A stretch of DNA of 64,000 bases from an uncultured Gemmatimonadales bacterium (GTDB taxonomy: Bacteria > Gemmatimonadota > Gemmatimonadetes > Longimicrobiales > RSA9). The DNA lies in contig CAWCRS010000001.1 of the NCBI GenBank assembly GCA_963798085.1, positions 352,001 to 416,000 of the forward strand. The letters are read 5' to 3'. Under the pieces are notes generated by a model. It had not been told where the DNA came from, made no database searches, and was given only the letters and a program-made list of their open reading frames with translations. Positions 9,666 to 19,646 of the stretch are shown piece after piece. The position numbers and the translations under genes are program-made. How positions within the stretch are numbered: position 1 is the stretch's first letter; the number at the start of each line of letters is the position of its first letter.

Positions 9666-9799
9666 TCGGACCGTCTTTGAATCCTTTCCTTCTGCCACAG
9701 GCGCGCATGTTTGCATGGCGACAACGGCCGCGCTGTCCCGAATCTCCGCGCAGTCCATGGCCGGCCGGGCCAGAACGCAAGAACGCAAAGACGGTCCGA
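9666..9799. mobile_element. MITE-like element, copy 1
   Basis: Perfect 14-bp terminal inverted repeat TCGGACCGTCTTTG / CAAAGACGGTCCGA; related termini at 27854-28039. Confidence 0.5.
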
Positions 9800-9803
9800 T
9801 CCC

Positions 9804-9845
9804 TTGCCAGAAATATCGGAAGTCGATAAATATCGGATCTCGATA
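9804..9845 (+). promoter_or_regulatory. Probable promoter with two tandem palindromic operators (likely PadR sites)
   Basis: TTGCCA at 9804; TATCG-GAAGT-CGATA (9814-9828) and TATCG-GATCT-CGATA (9831-9845). Confidence 0.6.
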
Positions 9846-10048
9846 ACTGGCCGCGCTCCACCGCACCACACCCGCCGGCCAGCGCAACGGATACGCACCG
9901 GCAATGTCGCGGGCCCAGGCGCAACGACTTCATCGTCTGGCCGCCTGCGTCGAGTATCCCATCCGTCAGCGGTCGCGGGCCGGAGGAGATCGCGCCGGAA
10001 CGCGAAGAGCAGCGTCGCCTTCATCATGGCAGCTACGAGGCAATACGC

Positions 10049-10396
10049 ATGGCCCGACGCGATGAAGCCGTACTCAGCCGCTCCGCCTGGCTCATCCTGC
10101 TGGCGCTCGCGGACCAGCCCCGCCACGGCCTGGGCATCATGGACGAGGTGGATGCACGCACGGACGGTGCTGTGCGGCTCGGGCCGGGCACGCTCTACAC
10201 CACGCTGAAGCGCCTGGTCGACAATGGGCACATCCGCGAAACCACGCACGTGCCCGACCCTGACGATCACGATCCGCGCCGGCGCTACTACCGGATCACT
10301 CCGCGCGGACTCGCGGCGCTGCGCGAGGAGACGGCGCAGCTGCAGCGCCTGCTCGACATCGCTGCCGTGAAGCGTGTGCTGCGGACCTCGCCATGA
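10049..10396 (+). CDS. PadR family transcriptional regulator
   Basis: ILLALADQPRHGLGI, GPGTLYTTLKRL, RRRYYRIT..G motifs. Confidence 0.93.
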   Translation: MARRDEAVLSRSAWLILLALADQPRHGLGIMDEVDARTDGAVRLGPGTLYTTLKRLVDNGHIRETTHVPDPDDHDPRRRYYRITPRGLAALREETAQLQRLLDIAAVKRVLRTSP

Positions 10397-13054
10397 GTGA
10401 GCGTCGCGTGCCGGGCTGGGTGCGTGCGCTGGCGAGGGTGTGTCTGGTGGCGTACTCCCGCGGGTTTCAACGCGAGCGGGCAGCGGAGTACCTCGACGCG
10501 GCCAGTCATTGCTGGCGGCGCGAGCGTGCACACCATGGTGCTGCCGGCGCGGCGTTGCGCACAGTGCGCGTGCTCGTGTTCGACACGCTGCGTGCGGCGC
10601 CTGCAACCTGGCGTGTGCCGCGCGCCCGCGATGCGTCACTTCATGTGCCGCGGCGCGCCGCTCGTGAGCGCTTCGGCTGGCTGCGCGGACTCGTCAGCGA
10701 AACGCGACTCGCCGTGCGCGTGCTGGCGCGCCGTCCGGGATTCGCGCTTCTGGTTTCGTGCACGCTGGGACTCGGTATCGGCGCGAGCACCGCGCTCTTC
10801 GGCGCGCTCGACCATGTGGCGCTGCATCCGTTGCCCTATCCCAATGGCGACCGGATGGTCTATCTGTCCATGCGTCACGAGCAGCGCGGCTGGCGCTTCA
10901 CACCGCCGGTCGCATTGATCGAGCTGTGGCGGGCGCGCGCACACACGCTGGAGCGCATCGAGGGCTGGTATCCGGGGCAGTCGGTGTGGCAGGGGCCGCA
11001 GGGCGCGCGGCTGATCCGGGTCGTCTCCGTCACGCCCGGGCTTCCTGACATGCTGCGGCTGCGCCCGCTGCTCGGGCGCTCGCCTTCGGTGCAGGAATCG
11101 GCGCCGGGTGCGCCGCCGCTCGCGCTGCTGTCGGAAGGGTTCTGGCGATCGGCATTCGGCGGAAGCGCCGACGTCGTGGGTCGGACGCTGACGCTCGATG
11201 ACACGGCGTTCACTGTCGCAGGCGTGTGGCCCGCCGCGGCGAGGCTCGAGCCGAAGAGCGCGGCCAATGTGATCCGCGTCCTGCCCGCCGGCACGCGCGG
11301 TGCCGCGGCGGAGTTCGGCTACATGCTCGGTCTGGTGCGACGCGGCGCGGCCGGCGAACAGGTCCGCTCGGAGTTGAGCGCCCTCACGCAGACGGCCGGA
11401 ACCGGCATCAATCTGCCCGACGGTGTGGTGCCTGATGTGCTGGCGCCGGCCGGATTCCTGGGCAAGGTCTACCAGCAGAGCATCTGGATCGTGTTCGGCG
11501 GCGGCATCCTGCTGCTCCTGGTGGCAGTTCTCGATTCGACTAACCTGCTGTCAGGCCGGGCCATCACGCGTGACGCCGAGTTCGGCGTGCGTCTGGCGCT
11601 GGGCGGCTCTTCCGGTGCGCTCCTGCGACTCTTTCTGCTGGAAAGCAGTATCCTCACCCTGGCGGGCCTGTTGATCGCGCTGCTTGTGGCGCGCGCCGGG
11701 CGCGTCTGGCTGGCGGCCGTCCAGCCGCGCGGCATGACGCCTCTGCAGGGCGATGCCCTGGGCCCGCGCGCGCTCGGCTGGGCCGCTGCACTCGCTGTCT
11801 TCGCTGCACTGTGCTGTGCCATCGTGCCGGCGCTCCGCGTGCGCGCTGCTGCCGTGCCGCAGCTGCTGCGCACCTCCAGTGCGCGCGCGGGTGAAGCGGC
11901 GCAGCGCGCGCGCGCTGTCATCGTCGCGCTCCAGGTGGGACTCGCGATTCTCCTGCTCAGCGGCGCCGCCCTGACGTTGCGCAGTTTCCACCGGCTCTCG
12001 CATATCGACACCGGCGTCGCCGTGAGCGAGCTGGTCGAGTTCAGCGTGCAGCTGCCGCAGCCGCGCTACCCGTCGGACGCCGCGCGCCTCGCCTTCAATG
12101 ATGATCTCGTGCGGCGACTGGGCCGGCTGCCGGGCGTGCGCGCCGTGTCCATGGCGGGATCCCCGCTCATGCGCTTCTCCGGCGGCCCGGTGCCCGGCTT
12201 CGACGGGCAGCCGAACGACAATGCGGCCGCGTTCGCTTCATCCATCAATGTGCTTCCCGGCTATCTCGCAGCGGTCGGCACGTCGCTGCTCGCCGGTCAC
12301 GATTTCGACCGGGCCACACCACACGAGATGATCGTCAACAGCGCGTTTGCAAGGGCGCACGGCGGTGACGTCGTCGGCCACACGCTGCAGTTCGCGGGCG
12401 ACAGCATCGTGCACCGCATTGTGGGTGTCGCCGGGAATGTGCGTTCCTATGGCCTGGACGACCGGGACGACCGCATCCAGCTGTATTCCGCGGACTTCGG
12501 TCTGCCGGCCGGCGCATGGCAGCGATTCGTCGTGCGCACCAGCGGGCCCACGCGCGAGCTGCCGCACCAGATCGGGAGCGCCGTGGCGGCCATCGATTCG
12601 AACCTGCCCTTGCGCGACGCGAGCAGCGCGACCGACCTCGTACGCGAGAATGACCGCCAACCAGCGCTTCCTCGCACTGCTGCTCGCCGTGGCCGGCGCC
12701 GTCGCGCTGCTCCTCGCCCTGACAGGAGTGTATGGCGTGGTCGCGCTCAATGTGAGCCGCCGCACGCGTGAGATCGGTGTGCGCGCGGCACTCGGCGCGG
12801 ACACCGCGCGAGTCGTGTCCGACGTATTGCGCGGAGCGCTGCTCCCCGTGCTGGCGGGCGCACTGGCAGGAACCTGCGGCGCACTCATCGCCATGGGCTG
12901 GCTCGAAGGCGTGCTGTACCGCGTGCCCGCGCGCGATCCGCTCAGCATCGCCGCCGCCGTCTCGCTGCTGCTCGCGACAGCGGTGGCCGCGTGCTCCATC
13001 CCGGCACGCCGCGCCAGCCGCATCGACCCAATGGTTGCGCTGCGCAGCGACTGA
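10393..13054 (+). CDS. ADOP/MacB-FtsX-type duplicated ABC permease (frameshift ~12649)
   Basis: TLGLGIGASTALF, EFGVRLALG; second frame continues MTANQRFLALL...RRTREIGVRAALGA...DPMVALRSD. Confidence 0.85.
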
Positions 13055-13171
13055 CACGGTTGCTTCGCTCCGGCCGGGCGTGCAGCTTGTGCAGCAGGCT
13101 GACCGCGCGCAGCCGTACTGCGGCGCAGCGCGCCATCGGCTCGCACGCGTCTTCCACCCGTGAGTGATTGC

Positions 13172-14140
13172 ATGCGACGACTCTGCTTCCTGCTCCTGCT
13201 CGCGTTGCCATCGCTTCTGCACGCCCAGCGCTACACGGGCCCGGACGGCAAACTGCGTGTTGCGCTGGCCCGCCAGCCGTTCTCGCCCACCGGCACATCC
13301 GTCGGGCCCACGACCATGGCGAACGGCGGGATCCAGCCGCTTCTCGCCGGCATGGGCGCGACCGTCCGTGTCGAGGAAAGCGCGCTGACTGCGGATGAAA
13401 ACACCGAGTATGGCGCGTGGAAGCGCCTGGGCATGGCGCTGGGCCACTTCGCCGAGATTGTCGCGCAGAACGAGCGGGATGGCTACTTCACGGTGGGTCT
13501 GCTGGCCACGTGTCCGTCCATGCCCGGCCTGGTGGCGGGGCTGCAGCACTCGGGTGCCACGCCCGAACCGCTGCGCATCGGCATGCTCTGGCTGGATGCG
13601 CACCCCGACTTCAACACGCCGGAGACCACGCGCAGCGGCTCGCTCGGCGGCATGCCTGTCGCCGTGGCGACCGGGCGCGCGCTGCAGATCATGCGCCTCG
13701 ATGCGCACCTCGATCCGCCCCTGGCCGACCGGCGCATTGTCATGGGCGGCGTGCGCCTGGTGGATCCGCTGGAGCAGCGACTGCTGGACGACTCGTTCAT
13801 CGAGCAGCTGTCCGTCGACGACCTGCGCCACATGACGCCCGCGGTGTTCGCGCAGCTGGACCGGCTCAGCAGCCTGAGTGACAAGCTCTACATCCACATC
13901 AATATGGACGTGCTGGATCCGCGGGAAGTGGCGGGCCATCCTAACAAGGTGCCAGGTGGTCCCTCGAGCGAGGAGCTGGCCGCGCTCTTCGAGGCCGTCT
14001 TCCGCCGTTACCCCAAGGCATCCGCCATCGGCTTCGCCACGATCCCGCCCACCGATGAGGGCGGACTCGCCATTGCCGCGCTCAATCGCATGATCCAGGG
14101 GGCGGTGCGTGGCGTGATGGAGCGCGAAAAGACCCGCTGA
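13172..14140 (+). CDS. Secreted arginase/ureohydrolase-family protein with atypical active site
   Basis: Signal peptide MRRLCFLLLLALPSLLHAQ; WLDAHPDFNTPETT.SG..GGMP; HINMDVLDP. Confidence 0.85.
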   Translation: MRRLCFLLLLALPSLLHAQRYTGPDGKLRVALARQPFSPTGTSVGPTTMANGGIQPLLAGMGATVRVEESALTADENTEYGAWKRLGMALGHFAEIVAQNERDGYFTVGLLATCPSMPGLVAGLQHSGATPEPLRIGMLWLDAHPDFNTPETTRSGSLGGMPVAVATGRALQIMRLDAHLDPPLADRRIVMGGVRLVDPLEQRLLDDSFIEQLSVDDLRHMTPAVFAQLDRLSSLSDKLYIHINMDVLDPREVAGHPNKVPGGPSSEELAALFEAVFRRYPKASAIGFATIPPTDEGGLAIAALNRMIQGAVRGVMEREKTR

Positions 14141-14338
14141 ACGCGAAACCGGCCCCCGGCCGCCGTTCAGCGACCGCGCAGAGACGCATGCACCCCCCAG
14201 CCGAGCGCTGCCGGCACGGCCTGCCTGGCAGGCGGCTGCCGCATCTCAGAATGTGACTACCCGGCGCTCCTGGTCACGAATTCGCTACGCACTGGAATGC
14301 CGGCGCATTGCGGCCACGAACGCACTGGAGGCTTCGCC

Positions 14339-15004
14339 ATGAGCACAGCCTACGCATGGGAGCGCCCATGCCTGCGCTGCGGTGGACAGAACGACGCGCA
14401 CCACAAGGTGGAATCGGACGCCGAAGTCGAGCGGGTTGCCAATGAGCTGGCGGAGCTGCTCCAGCCGGTGTGTGCGAAGCAGGGTCGGATGCTGGGTGTG
14501 ATGCGCGCGGACGGCGAGTGGATCGTGTCCCTCTCGTCCGTGGCCAGCGTCAGTCAGGACTTCGTCAACATCGTGCTCGACTACAATGCCACGATGAGTC
14601 CCATCGCGCACGACTGGTCGACCGTGCCCGTGCGCTCGCTGGGAGGCCACGACATCCGCTCGCTGCTCGTCACGCGCGAGTCGAAGAAGCCCGCGAAGAA
14701 GACTTCAGGCAAGACCTCCACGCCCGCGCCCACACCGCTCAATTCGCTGTTCAAGGTCCACGCGGACGATCCGTCTCTCAAGCCGCTGCCCATCGCGGGC
14801 GGGCCGGGCTGCTTCTGCGCGGCGCCCAAGCTCGTCTCGTACCTGACACAGGATTCCGGCTCACAGCTGCTGCCGCCCGGCCGCATCAACATGATCGAAT
14901 TATGGTGCGGCGCGGCGAGCGCCACCCGCAAACACAGGGAGGTGGCAACCTCATGCCTCAAATGCGCCAACATCCTGCCCACGCTGATGTGCCGCGCAAC
15001 CTGA
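14339..15004 (+). CDS. Cys-rich hypothetical protein, probable Zn-binding deaminase-like fold
   Basis: GGAGG RBS; genome-typical codon usage; CAAPKL...IELWCG...RKH...SCLKC..IL; N-terminal CLRC...HH. Confidence 0.7.
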   Translation: MSTAYAWERPCLRCGGQNDAHHKVESDAEVERVANELAELLQPVCAKQGRMLGVMRADGEWIVSLSSVASVSQDFVNIVLDYNATMSPIAHDWSTVPVRSLGGHDIRSLLVTRESKKPAKKTSGKTSTPAPTPLNSLFKVHADDPSLKPLPIAGGPGCFCAAPKLVSYLTQDSGSQLLPPGRINMIELWCGAASATRKHREVATSCLKCANILPTLMCRAT

Positions 15005-15043
15005 TGCGGCTGGCCGCCCGGCCGGGGCCGGTGCGGCCACGAA

Positions 15044-16810
15044 TCATTTCGCCAGGTCCCTGACCGCCGCAGCCATCTTGCGCACGCGTGCCGCGTCCGC
15101 AGCACCGCTCGCGTCCTTGTCCAGCTCGCCCGCCAGCTTGTTCAGCGCACTGCGTCGCGCACCCCCGCTCGCGTGCTCCGCCGCGTCGAGCTCAGCCGCG
15201 ATCGCGCTCGTCCTCGCCGCGGCCAATCCGTTGTTTCGCACGAGCTGATCGAGATAGGAGCGCACGACCGGGAATGCCGCCGGCCATGTGACGTGCGGCT
15301 GTGACTGCGGATTGTACTCGTCCATGTGGACGAGCTTCGCCGCGTCGATCTCGTTCTGCGAGAGGAACTCGCTGGGCTGAAGCTCCAGCACGTCGAAACC
15401 GCGCGACAGCTCCGACGAATAGATGTAGCCATTGTAGTAGTACGCGCCCCACGAGCCGCCGATGACCATGCTGTCATCGCGCACCGGGCCGCGGTCGAAG
15501 TAGCCGATCTCCACCGGGTGATCCGGGTCGGTGAAGTCGAACATGTCCACACCACCCTGATACCAGCCCTGCACCATGATGTCGCGGCCCGGCACCGGCA
15601 GCAGCCCGCCATTGTGCGAGACGCAGTTCTCCGTGTTCGTCTGCGCCGCCAGCATCTTGAAATAGCTGTGGCGCGTCATCCGGCCCTTGTCGAGCGTCAG
15701 GATCGTGTTGCCGCCGAGGCGCTGCGGATCGGTGATGCGGCAGCGTGGCGCCGTGCCGCCGCCCCATTCGTCCGTGAACACGACCGACGTCGCTTCGTTG
15801 TTGAAAACGGCCGTGTGCCACAGCGAGAAGTTCACATCCGATCGGGCATCGAGGCGGACCGGCTTCGCGGGGTTCTTCGCATCCAGCATGATGCCGAAGC
15901 TGCCGCACGAGCCCGCCACAATGTGGAACGCGGGGTATGCGGTGAGGTCGTGGCACCCGGTGGGCCCGAGCGCGCGCCGGTCGTTCCCGGCCACACTGTC
16001 GCTCAGCGGTACACCGGCCCGGCCGGGCGGGCGAGGCAGGCCCTCGAAGATGCGCGCGAAGCCGATCACCGCGGCATCCTCCGGCTTCTTCAGCGGCACG
16101 CGGATGATGTCGACGCGATACTGCGCCGTGTTCGGATTCTCCTCGACAGTACCCGAAGAGCAGCCCGGCACTTCCGCGGAATCACGTACGAACGATGACC
16201 CGCCGACATAAATGTAGACGACGTTCTTGTCACTCGGGTCCGGTACGATCGTGTGCGTGTGCGAGCCGCGACACGTCTGGATGTTCTTGATCAGCTTCGG
16301 TTGGCGAGGATTGCTGACGTCGAAGATGCGCACGCCGCGCTCGCGGTCCTGTCCATCCTGCACACCCTGCGTGCCGCAGTCCTTGCGCGCGCGCCCCGAC
16401 TCCGCCGAGATGAACAGCAGGTTGCCGATGATCGAGGGATCACCCTGGTCGGTGGCACACACCACCGTGCTCAGGTGCACCGGCTGCGCCGGATTGCTCA
16501 CATCCCAGACCGTGAAGCCGCTGAAATTGCCCTGATAGACGATGTTGCCGCCGAAGGCCAGATCCGAGTTGATGTAGGTGAGCCCGCGCGCGGAGTCGAA
16601 TTCCATCGGCTTGGGCGAGAACGAAACCAGCCGCATGTTCTTCGCGGCTACGCCCGCCGTGTTCTTCAGGCCCGCGGCAAGCCCCACGCGCGGATCGTTC
16701 ATGGTCGCGATCGTGTCCTGCTGCGCGGCCAGCAGCGCAGGCCATGCCATGGCAACGGCAACGGCCGCGATGGCGGCAACGGCATGACCCACTGTCAGTC
16801 CTTTTTTCAT
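15044..16810 (-). CDS. Secreted LVIVD-repeat beta-propeller protein
   Basis: Signal peptide; NSDLAF, IFDVSNP, CRGSHTHT, GCHD, ENCVSHNG, WYQGG motifs. Confidence 0.88.
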   Translation of the reverse strand: MKKGLTVGHAVAAIAAVAVAMAWPALLAAQQDTIATMNDPRVGLAAGLKNTAGVAAKNMRLVSFSPKPMEFDSARGLTYINSDLAFGGNIVYQGNFSGFTVWDVSNPAQPVHLSTVVCATDQGDPSIIGNLLFISAESGRARKDCGTQGVQDGQDRERGVRIFDVSNPRQPKLIKNIQTCRGSHTHTIVPDPSDKNVVYIYVGGSSFVRDSAEVPGCSSGTVEENPNTAQYRVDIIRVPLKKPEDAAVIGFARIFEGLPRPPGRAGVPLSDSVAGNDRRALGPTGCHDLTAYPAFHIVAGSCGSFGIMLDAKNPAKPVRLDARSDVNFSLWHTAVFNNEATSVVFTDEWGGGTAPRCRITDPQRLGGNTILTLDKGRMTRHSYFKMLAAQTNTENCVSHNGGLLPVPGRDIMVQGWYQGGVDMFDFTDPDHPVEIGYFDRGPVRDDSMVIGGSWGAYYYNGYIYSSELSRGFDVLELQPSEFLSQNEIDAAKLVHMDEYNPQSQPHVTWPAAFPVVRSYLDQLVRNNGLAAARTSAIAAELDAAEHASGGARRSALNKLAGELDKDASGAADAARVRKMAAAVRDLAK

Positions 16811-17460
16811 CGGCCGGAATCCTGTGCAAGGGTGTCGAGCATGCGCTGCATGAGGAAGATTTCATCGCGCTGATCGGTGTCCACATCCGTGGCAAAGCGG
16901 AAGATGTCGGAGTCCTGCCCCGCGCCCGGGCTGCCGAAGAGTCGCGCGACCATGTCGACCGCGCCACGGTGATGGCCGATCATGTAGGCGAGGTAGAGGC
17001 GGTCGAATTCGTGGCCGCGCGCGGCATCGAGGTTCGCCATCTGGTCCGGCGTCAGCATGCCCGGCATCATCATCGCGTGCGCCTGCGCATCCGTGGGCAC
17101 GACCTGCTTCCGCTCCGCCAGCCAGCGCCGCATCAGCCCGATCTCATCGGTCTGCGAGATCCCGATCTTCTGCGCCAGCTTGAGCACGTCCGCCGATGCG
17201 CCATGCCCAGGCGCCCAGGCGGACATCACGACAGCCTGCGCGTGATGGCCGATCATGTTCTGCATGAAACGCACATCCGCCACGACGAAGCCGGCGCCAT
17301 CCGTGGCGGGCAGCTCATCCATGTGCATCTGCATGGCCGGCTCGGCGGCCGCACTTGCGGCCGTGGCGGACTGCGACGTCCCGTTGTCGGACGCGCAGGA
17401 CGCGCTCACCAGGGCCGCGGCGATGATGCCCCCGTACAGGGCTGTTCTCACATGTCGCAT
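16807..17460 (-). CDS. DUF305 domain lipoprotein
   Basis: Lipobox-like ASC; DVRFMQNMIGHHAQA and MIGHHRGA twin HH motifs; overlaps the start of the LVIVD gene. Confidence 0.9.
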   Translation of the reverse strand: MRHVRTALYGGIIAAALVSASCASDNGTSQSATAASAAAEPAMQMHMDELPATDGAGFVVADVRFMQNMIGHHAQAVVMSAWAPGHGASADVLKLAQKIGISQTDEIGLMRRWLAERKQVVPTDAQAHAMMMPGMLTPDQMANLDAARGHEFDRLYLAYMIGHHRGAVDMVARLFGSPGAGQDSDIFRFATDVDTDQRDEIFLMQRMLDTLAQDSGR

Positions 17461-17492
17461 GGTCCCATCCGGTTCCTGCTGTGACCGCACTC

Positions 17493-18833
17493 TCACTTCA
17501 GATTCAGCCCGTAGAGCCCGTTGGCGTTTTCCCGCAGCACCATGCGCGCCAGCGCATTGGCGCGATCACGCGTGATCTCGCCGTCGCGCATCATGCCGGT
17601 GAGCGCCAGGCCCAGCGCCTTCCTCGCCGAGCGGGTCGCAAAATACGCCACATCGCCCCAGCTCTGCTCGGCGCCGCCATCGAACGCGTCCGTGCCGAAT
17701 AACACCTTGTCAGGCCATTCCGCCAGCCACTGGCGCAGCACGCCCGCCAGTGTGGTCGGCTCGAGCACCAGGTCCATCATCGAGATGTCGGCGTACACAT
17801 TCGCCTTCGACAGCAGCGACTGCGTCTCACCTGCCCGCGGCCAGCCGCCGTGGATGATCACGAAACGGGTGGCGCGCAGCGTCGTGTCCTCGAACACCGG
17901 CTCCAGCAGCCGCGGATCGCTGCCCTGCAGATCGTAGTACGCGCCAAAGCCCTCGAACACGTGAATGTGCACCGCCAGGCCCAGACGGCCCGCCTCACGC
18001 GCAATCGCGCGGAACAGATAGTCCTCCAGCGTGCGATACTCTGCAATCGAGGGCGCACCCCCGCGCGCGTAACGCGCGTACACACGCGCCGCGACGGCGG
18101 CGTCCGCAGCGCCGAAATCGAGCGGCCGCAGATACGCCACCTCGAACTTGATCGCCACCGCGCCATCCCGCTTCTGCCGCTCGAGCGTGGCCGTCACCAC
18201 ATTCTTCATGTACGCGTCCAGCGTGGGCGGCAGCGCGCTGATGCCGAGATCGTGCAGATAGCGCTGCAGCAGCTTCGCTTCCCTGGGATATAGCGAGCGC
18301 GTGTCCGGCGTGCGCGCCGCCTCGAATCTCGAGTCCAGCGGCAGCATCAGCGCATCATCGAACGCTACCCAGCGGAAGCGTGGCGGCGCCAGCCCCGGCC
18401 CCATGACGATGCGATTGCCGAACTCCACCTCAATGCCTGCCTGATCCAGCACCCATTCCGGGAAATGCTGGCCCTGCTGCGCGATGGCTTTCGCACGCGC
18501 CGCATTCAGCGCCGCGGTGCCCGCCGCACCTGTGTCCACCACGCGTACACCGTACAGCGCCTTCGCCGTCGCCGCCCACTCCGGATTCTCCAGCCGCAGG
18601 CGCCAGGGCAGCGCGAACGGTGGAATCCCATCCAGCGGCAACGCGTCGAACTCCGAGTCCGCAGGCGCTCCCGCCGCGACCGGGCGCATCGGATGCGCGT
18701 GATTGTCCACCGCGCGGATGCGCGCGATGTACGCCGCCAGCTCGCGATCCACACCCGCACCGGCCGCCTGTGCCCGCGCTGCAACCGGCGCCAGCGCCAG
18801 CAGCAGGACCGCAAATCCCGCAGCTCTGCCCAT
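17493..18833 (-). CDS. Secreted amidohydrolase-family (TIM barrel) protein
   Basis: Signal peptide; DNHAH, VHIH, IIHGGWP, VLFGTD metal motifs. Confidence 0.88.
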   Translation of the reverse strand: MGRAAGFAVLLLALAPVAARAQAAGAGVDRELAAYIARIRAVDNHAHPMRPVAAGAPADSEFDALPLDGIPPFALPWRLRLENPEWAATAKALYGVRVVDTGAAGTAALNAARAKAIAQQGQHFPEWVLDQAGIEVEFGNRIVMGPGLAPPRFRWVAFDDALMLPLDSRFEAARTPDTRSLYPREAKLLQRYLHDLGISALPPTLDAYMKNVVTATLERQKRDGAVAIKFEVAYLRPLDFGAADAAVAARVYARYARGGAPSIAEYRTLEDYLFRAIAREAGRLGLAVHIHVFEGFGAYYDLQGSDPRLLEPVFEDTTLRATRFVIIHGGWPRAGETQSLLSKANVYADISMMDLVLEPTTLAGVLRQWLAEWPDKVLFGTDAFDGGAEQSWGDVAYFATRSARKALGLALTGMMRDGEITRDRANALARMVLRENANGLYGLNLK

Positions 18834-18939
18834 TATCAAGCCCTGTTGGAGTCGGTGCCGAAACTTGGGGTACGGCATTGCGGACGCGCAATCGCCTTTC
18901 CCGGGCCTGGACTGCGGGTCCGCCAGACACGAGACGCAT

Positions 18940-19101
18940 ATGGGCAAACTATTCAGCTTCATCGGCGCCAGCGTGGGCGGCTCCATCGGCTGGTGGCTGG
19001 GCGCACCGATCGGCTTCATGACGGCATTCACGATCAGCATGATCGGCACCGGCGCCGGCATGTACGCAGGCGCACGCTTCGCACACCGGCTGCTGGACTG
19101 A
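18940..19101 (+). CDS. Small Gly-rich two-helix membrane protein (53 aa)
   Basis: MGKLFSFIGASVGGSIGWWLGAPIGFMTAFTISMIGTGAGMYAG; glycine-zipper pattern; typical codon usage. Confidence 0.7.
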   Translation: MGKLFSFIGASVGGSIGWWLGAPIGFMTAFTISMIGTGAGMYAGARFAHRLLD

Positions 19102-19316
19102 ACCGCGTCGCTTACCATCCGTGATCGCACTGCCGGGGCACCCTCCTGAGGCCCGGCCGTAACACATTGCAGGCGACGACGACGCCGCCGCCTGCGCACA
19201 CCCTCCGCCACGTCCTCGCCACGCACAGCTCGTGAAGGCGCTTGCGCCGCGTGCGTGCGGCCACCATACTAGCATTGCATGTTTGCAACGCGGCCACCAT
19301 CAGCCCGCCACGACCA

Positions 19317-19646
19317 ATGCCACGCGACGCACTGGGTGAGTTCGAACACATGGTGCTGCTCGCCCTGCTCCGCCTCGGCGGCGAGGGCTACAGCGCGCCG
19401 ATTGTCGCAGAGCTGGAGGAGAGCACGGGCCGCCCGGCATCGGCCGCGGCCGTGTTCATCGCGCTGCGGCGTCTGGAACAGCGCGGTTATCTGCGCTCGC
19501 TGAAGCACGACGCGCGCGCTGGCGAAGGCGGGCGCGGCCGGCGTGTATTCCGTGTTACGCCTGCCGCCGTGGCCCGGCTGCGTGCGTCGCGGGCGGCGTT
19601 CGAGAAACTCTGGCGCGGGCTGGAGCCGCTGCGCCAGCGACCGTGA
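19317..19646 (+). CDS. PadR family transcriptional regulator
   Basis: LGEFEHMVLLALLRL, AVFIALRRLEQRG, RGRRVFRVT. Confidence 0.9.
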   Translation: MPRDALGEFEHMVLLALLRLGGEGYSAPIVAELEESTGRPASAAAVFIALRRLEQRGYLRSLKHDARAGEGGRGRRVFRVTPAAVARLRASRAAFEKLWRGLEPLRQRP

